From: a virus
Lineage: Duplodnaviria > Caudoviricetes
Virus record (IMG/VR): IMGVR_UViG_3300040971_000190
Location: 1 to 37,026 of that record
Length of the DNA: 37,026 bases
Reading direction: 5' to 3' (one strand)
Shown one piece after another: positions 35,553 to 37,026 of this stretch (its first letter is position 1; every line of letters starts with the position of its first letter). The notes below the pieces were generated by a model. That model saw nothing but the letters and a program-made list of their open reading frames with translations. It searched no databases and was not told the origin of the DNA. The position numbers and the translations under genes were made by a program.

Positions 35553-37026
35553 ATGCCCGTCGATATTGATGAAATCAAGCGCGAAAATCCTATTGAAAAG
35601 GTGATCGGTGAAGACTTTGAATTGCGTGGCCATGGTGATGAACTGGAAACGAAGGAACATGATAGCCTGAAAATAAAAGTGAACGAGGGCTACTACTACT
35701 GGAATCAGCGTGGGCACGGCGGCGATGTAATTGATTGGTTGATATACCATCGCGGATTGGATTTCAAAACTGCTATTGAAACTCTGGCCAGGCGCGCCGG
35801 ATTGCCTGACCCAGATTGGGCAAGGGGTGAAGTGCAGGAACGCCTGGCTGCTACTGCTCGGGCTGATGCCTGGACGGTGGCGACCAATACATTCAAAAAA
35901 TGGTTATTTGGTTATGAAGATGCGATTGCCTATGCCAGATCGCGCGGGTGGACTGATGAGACTATACAGAAATCTGCACTTGGATATACAGGACCGGCTG
36001 CTGATCGTGCAAAACTAAAAAAGGAATTGCGCGATGAACTTATTTTATTTGGCATAAAAGAAAATTCACCTGCTGCTGTGGTACTGCTGGGTTTCAATGG
36101 TGATGTTGAAAAATGGGCGTGGGATCACGATCTTACGGATATCGTCAAAGAAAAAAATAAAAAGTGGATTGAGCAAAGCTGGATCCCAGGGATGATTGGC
36201 AATGATAGCCTGGTTTATCCGCATATCTACCAGACAAAAACAATCTACTTCTCACAGCGCGGGATCCACGAGAAAACGCACTTGAATATTGCAAAAACAA
36301 TAGCCGGTGAGCGGCGCATCTATTTGAATTCTGAATGGGGTCCACAAAAACCGCGTTATGTTATCGTAGAGGGCCAGGCGGACGCTGTCACTTTGGCGCA
36401 GTGGGGTATTCCTGCCATCGCTTTGTGTGGAACAAATTCCATAAAAACAATTAAAAATCTGATCAAAAAAGACGCAAATATATTCATAGGATTAGATAAT
36501 GATGCTGCTGGTCAACAAAATGTAAAAAATGTTGTAGAAACGGCGTGGCCATTAGCGCGCGTTTTGCACTGGCCTGAAGAGCTTGGCAATGTTTCCATAA
36601 AAGATGCCAATGATATGCTCAGGTTTTGGGTGAAAGAAGGTGTTGAGCATCAAAAACAATTGGATTACCTGACGGCATTGAATGCCAATTCAATATCTTA
36701 TATAGAAGAACTGGCTGCTACTGTTGGAAATACGAAGGATGCCTCCGAACGCGATTCTAAAGAACTTGAATGCATCCGATTATTTTTGAAACTGGATGAA
36801 ACCCAACAGACACAATACCAACAACGGGTTGCAAAAGCGATGAACCGCCAGTTACGTGATTTCAACCGGTTGATCAAACAAATGGCCACCAGCGGGGATA
36901 TTCAGAACAATGATAAACCTGCAAAAATCATATCCACGTATGGAGGTTATTACCATGAATGGTTACTGGATTATATGTATGACCCGGAAACAGAAACTGC
37001 TGCTTTGGCTTATAAGGATCCGGATG
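35553..37026 (+). CDS. DnaG-type primase (N-terminal ZBD-like and TOPRIM domains), 5' part of a fused primase-helicase (not in ORF track)
   Basis: AAGGAG RBS; GGDVIDW...GLDFKTAIETLA, YVIVEGQADA and GLDNDAAG motifs; runs off the right end without a stop. Confidence 0.88.
   Translation, partial: MPVDIDEIKRENPIEKVIGEDFELRGHGDELETKEHDSLKIKVNEGYYYWNQRGHGGDVIDWLIYHRGLDFKTAIETLARRAGLPDPDWARGEVQERLAATARADAWTVATNTFKKWLFGYEDAIAYARSRGWTDETIQKSALGYTGPAADRAKLKKELRDELILFGIKENSPAAVVLLGFNGDVEKWAWDHDLTDIVKEKNKKWIEQSWIPGMIGNDSLVYPHIYQTKTIYFSQRGIHEKTHLNIAKTIAGERRIYLNSEWGPQKPRYVIVEGQADAVTLAQWGIPAIALCGTNSIKTIKNLIKKDANIFIGLDNDAAGQQNVKNVVETAWPLARVLHWPEELGNVSIKDANDMLRFWVKEGVEHQKQLDYLTALNANSISYIEELAATVGNTKDASERDSKELECIRLFLKLDETQQTQYQQRVAKAMNRQLRDFNRLIKQMATSGDIQNNDKPAKIISTYGGYYHEWLLDYMYDPETETAALAYKDPD

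Larger units (their letters stand above)
1..37026. mobile_element. Complete or near-complete temperate siphovirus genome (excised/circular form)
   Basis: Terminase, portal, protease, capsid, tail, lysis, integrase, attP, repressor and replication modules all present; no host housekeeping genes; ends join in frame within the primase gene. Confidence 0.93.

Overview
The window is an apparently complete, circularly permuted temperate siphovirus genome (HK97-type head, non-contractile tail), most likely in excised form. The primase-helicase ORF runs off the right end and continues in frame at base 1, and a single attP carrying the 3' half of a tRNA-Val(TAC) gene lies next to the integrase. Gene order: replication (primase-helicase, probable iteron origin), small early genes including a minimal DNA polymerase X, accessory cassettes, lysis, packaging, head, tail, Dam-type methylase, integrase/attP, CI repressor facing a ribbon-helix-helix gene, a second tyrosine recombinase, C5 methylase, SSB and a dif-like site. 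The most notable feature is a family of structured antisense-RNA units. Two complete homologous cassettes (about 7154-7801 and 26891-27537) each comprise promoter, leader with a long stem presenting a variable seed complementary to its own 5' end and own RBS, a paralogous unknown helical protein, and a matching terminator; their seeds differ and covary with their targets. Two further orphan units (26712-26875) carry seeds for which I found no convincing target in this genome, suggesting a multi-specificity RNA immunity or licensing system of P1 C4 / P4 CI type. All assignments come from motif reading by eye; no database searches or folding programs were run.
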